From Eledone cirrhosa (taxonomy: Eukaryota): a DNA stretch of 64,000 nucleotides. Under the pieces are notes generated by a model that was not told where the DNA came from, searched no databases, and saw only the letters and a program-made list of their open reading frames with translations. This document shows positions 62,501-64,000 of the stretch, piece by piece. The translations under genes and the position numbers were made by a program. Every line of letters starts with the position of its first letter. Position 1 is the first letter of the stretch. The stretch lies in the NCBI GenBank assembly GCA_964016885.1, contig OZ024748.1, positions 35,588,001 through 35,652,000 of the forward strand, in the 5' to 3' direction.

Positions 62501-64000
62501 ACTGTTGTAGAGCTATTGTTACAGTTGTTATTGTTGTTGTTACTGTTGTAGATCTATTGTTACAGTTGTTATTGTTGTTACTGCTTTAGTGCTATTGTTA
62601 CAGTTGTTATTGTTGTTGTTACTGTTGTAGTGCTATTGTTACAGTTGTTATTGTTGTTACTGTTGTAGTGCTATTGTTACAGTTGTTATTGTTGTTACTG
62701 TTGTAGTGCTATTGTTACAGTAGTTATTGTTGTTGTTACTGTTGTAATGCTATTGTTACAGTTGTTGTTGTTACTGTTGTAGTGCTATTGTTACAGTTGT
62801 TATTGTTGTTGTTACTGTTGCAGTGTTATTGTTACAGTTGTTGTTGTTACTGTTGTATTGCTATTGTTGCAGTTGTTATTGTTGTTGTTACTGTTGTAGA
62901 GCTAATGTTACAGTTGTTATTGTTGTTACTGTTGTAGTGCTATTGTTACAGTTGTTATTGTTGTTGTTACTGTTGCAGAGCTATTGTTACAGTTGTTGTT
63001 GTTGTTGTTACTGTTGTAGAGCTATTGTTACAGTTGTTATTGTTGTTGTTACTGTTGTAGAGCTATTTTTACAGATGTTATTTTAGTTGTTACTGTTGTA
63101 GATCTATTGTTACAGTTGTTATTGTTGTAGTGCTATTGATACAGTTGTTATTGTTGTTGTTACTGTTTTAGTGCTATTGTTACAGTTGTTATTTTTGTTG
63201 TTACTGGTTTAGTGCTATTTTTACAGTTGTTATTGTTGTTGTTACTGTTGTAGATCTATTGTTACAGTTGTTATTGTTGTTACTGTTGTAGTGCTATTGT
63301 TAGAGTTGTTATTGTTGTTGTTATTGTTGTAGTGCTATTTTTACTGTTGTTGTTACTGTTGTAGTGCTTTTGTTACAGTTGTTATTGTTGTTGTTACTGT
63401 TGTAGTGCTAATGTTACAGTTGTTGTTGTTACTGTTGTAGTGCTATTGTTGCAGTTGTTATTGTTGTTGTTACTGTTGTAATGCTATTGTTACAGTTGTT
63501 ATTGTTGTTACTGTTGTAGTGCTATTGTTACAGTAGTTATTGTTGTTGTTACTGTTGTAATGCTATTGTTACAGTTGTTGTTGTTACTGTTGTAGTGCTA
63601 TTGTTACAGTTGTTATTGTTGTTGTTACTGTTGCAGTGTTATTGTTACAGTTGTTGTTGTTACTGCTGTATTGCTATTGTTGCAGTTGTTATTGTTGTTG
63701 TTACTGTTGTAGAGCTAATGTTACAGTTGTTATTGTTGTTACTGTTGTAGTGCTATTGTTACAGTTGTTATTGTTGTTGTTACTGTTGCAGAGCTATTGT
63801 TACAGTTGTTGTTGTTACTGTTGTAGTGCTATTGTTACAGTTGTTATTGTTGTTGTTACTGTTGTAGTGCTATTGTTACAGTTGTTATTGTTGTTACTGT
63901 TGTAGTGCTATTGTTACAGTTGTTACTGTTGTTACTGTTGTAGTGCTATTGTTACAGTTGTTATTGTTGTTACTGTTGTAGTGCTATTGTTACAGTTGTT
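56540..64000. repeat. Right mosaic domain including a 2,357-bp-period duplication (~58680-62690)
   Basis: Offset 2,357: GCCATTT 58734/61091, GCTTTAG 58846/61203 and 60226/62583, GTGATA 59506/61863, ORF starts 59045/61402. GCTTTAG spacings of 1544, 1380, 977, 1380 show reshuffled sub-blocks. Confidence 0.8.

Larger units (their letters stand above)
1..64000. repeat. Satellite DNA array, 41-bp consensus monomer GTAGTGCTATTGTTACAGTTGTTATTGTTGTTGTTACTGTT, single orientation, runs off both window ends
   Basis: The motif GTAG(T/A)GCTATTGTTACAGTTGTT recurs every ~26-44 bp (mostly 41, 38, 35) from first to last base. I saw no intervening unique sequence and no inverted (AAC-rich) segment on the + strand. 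Confidence 0.99.

Noticed and set aside
23424-63905. Sixteen 64-90 aa ORFs with poly-Leu, Cys/Tyr-rich and poly-Val segments, resembling signal peptides, metallothionein-like or membrane peptides
   Set aside because: They are the three frames of (GTT)n (TTG=Leu, TGT=Cys, GTT=Val), read in rotation because monomer length is 2 mod 3. They stay open only where a variant (GTAT, GCAG) removes the TAG stop, and they recur once per HOR copy. There is no gene context.
1-64000. Mucin-like or Asn/Thr/Gln-rich repetitive protein on the minus strand (AAC/ACA/CAA codons)
   Set aside because: Each minus-strand monomer has several TAA/TAG stops in one frame, and the frame rotates every monomer. No frame stays open much beyond two monomers, and the ORF track lists no minus-strand ORF.
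1-64000. CRISPR array (25-bp partly palindromic core plus variable intervening sequence)
   Set aside because: The intervening segments are short near-identical GTT/ATT runs, not unique spacers. There is no leader or cas gene, and kb-scale HORs are present.
1-64000. Telomerase-synthesised telomeric repeat
   Set aside because: The unit is 41 bp without G-runs. Variants are inherited in kb-scale duplicated blocks, which indicates recombination or replication-based amplification rather than templated addition.
1-64000. Sequencing noise or synthetic low-complexity artefact as the source of variation
   Set aside because: Rare variants, including homopolymer lengths, recur at exact kb-scale offsets, which random error would not produce. 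Individual duplications could still be misassembled.
1-64000. Information-bearing code in the order of TAG-NN-CTA centre variants and tail lengths
   Set aside because: The order of variants is accounted for by nested duplication history. Nothing in the sequence indicates a reading mechanism.

Overview
The whole 64 kb window is one uninterrupted, head-to-tail satellite DNA array in a single orientation. I found no credible gene, RNA gene, mobile element, CRISPR array or unique sequence. The consensus monomer is 41 bp, GTAGTGCTATTGTTACAGTTGTTATTGTTGTTGTTACTGTT (22 T, 10 G, 6 A, 3 C; 78% G+T on the + strand), present in roughly 1,600 copies (estimated from mean unit length). It looks like a (GTT/AAC)n microsatellite that acquired a fixed, partly palindromic core. 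Most length variants differ by whole triplets (26/29/32/35/38/41/44 bp). Rare variants used as hand-read markers show a multi-level higher-order repeat (HOR) architecture. There is a left subfamily (1-18.4 kb) with a ~3.0-3.1 kb HOR and a near-identical 4,042 bp tandem duplication. A diverged transition zone follows (~18.4-21.8 kb). The central subfamily (~21.8-53.8 kb) has a ~2.7-3.4 kb HOR with nested ~7.85 kb and 3,431 bp duplications. A right mosaic domain has ~1.5 kb and 2,357 bp periods. This architecture is typical of eukaryotic heterochromatic (centromeric, pericentromeric or subtelomeric) satellite; organism and function cannot be determined from the sequence. All listed ORFs are translation artefacts of the repeat. 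Periods were obtained by manually subtracting marker coordinates, and domain boundaries are approximate.
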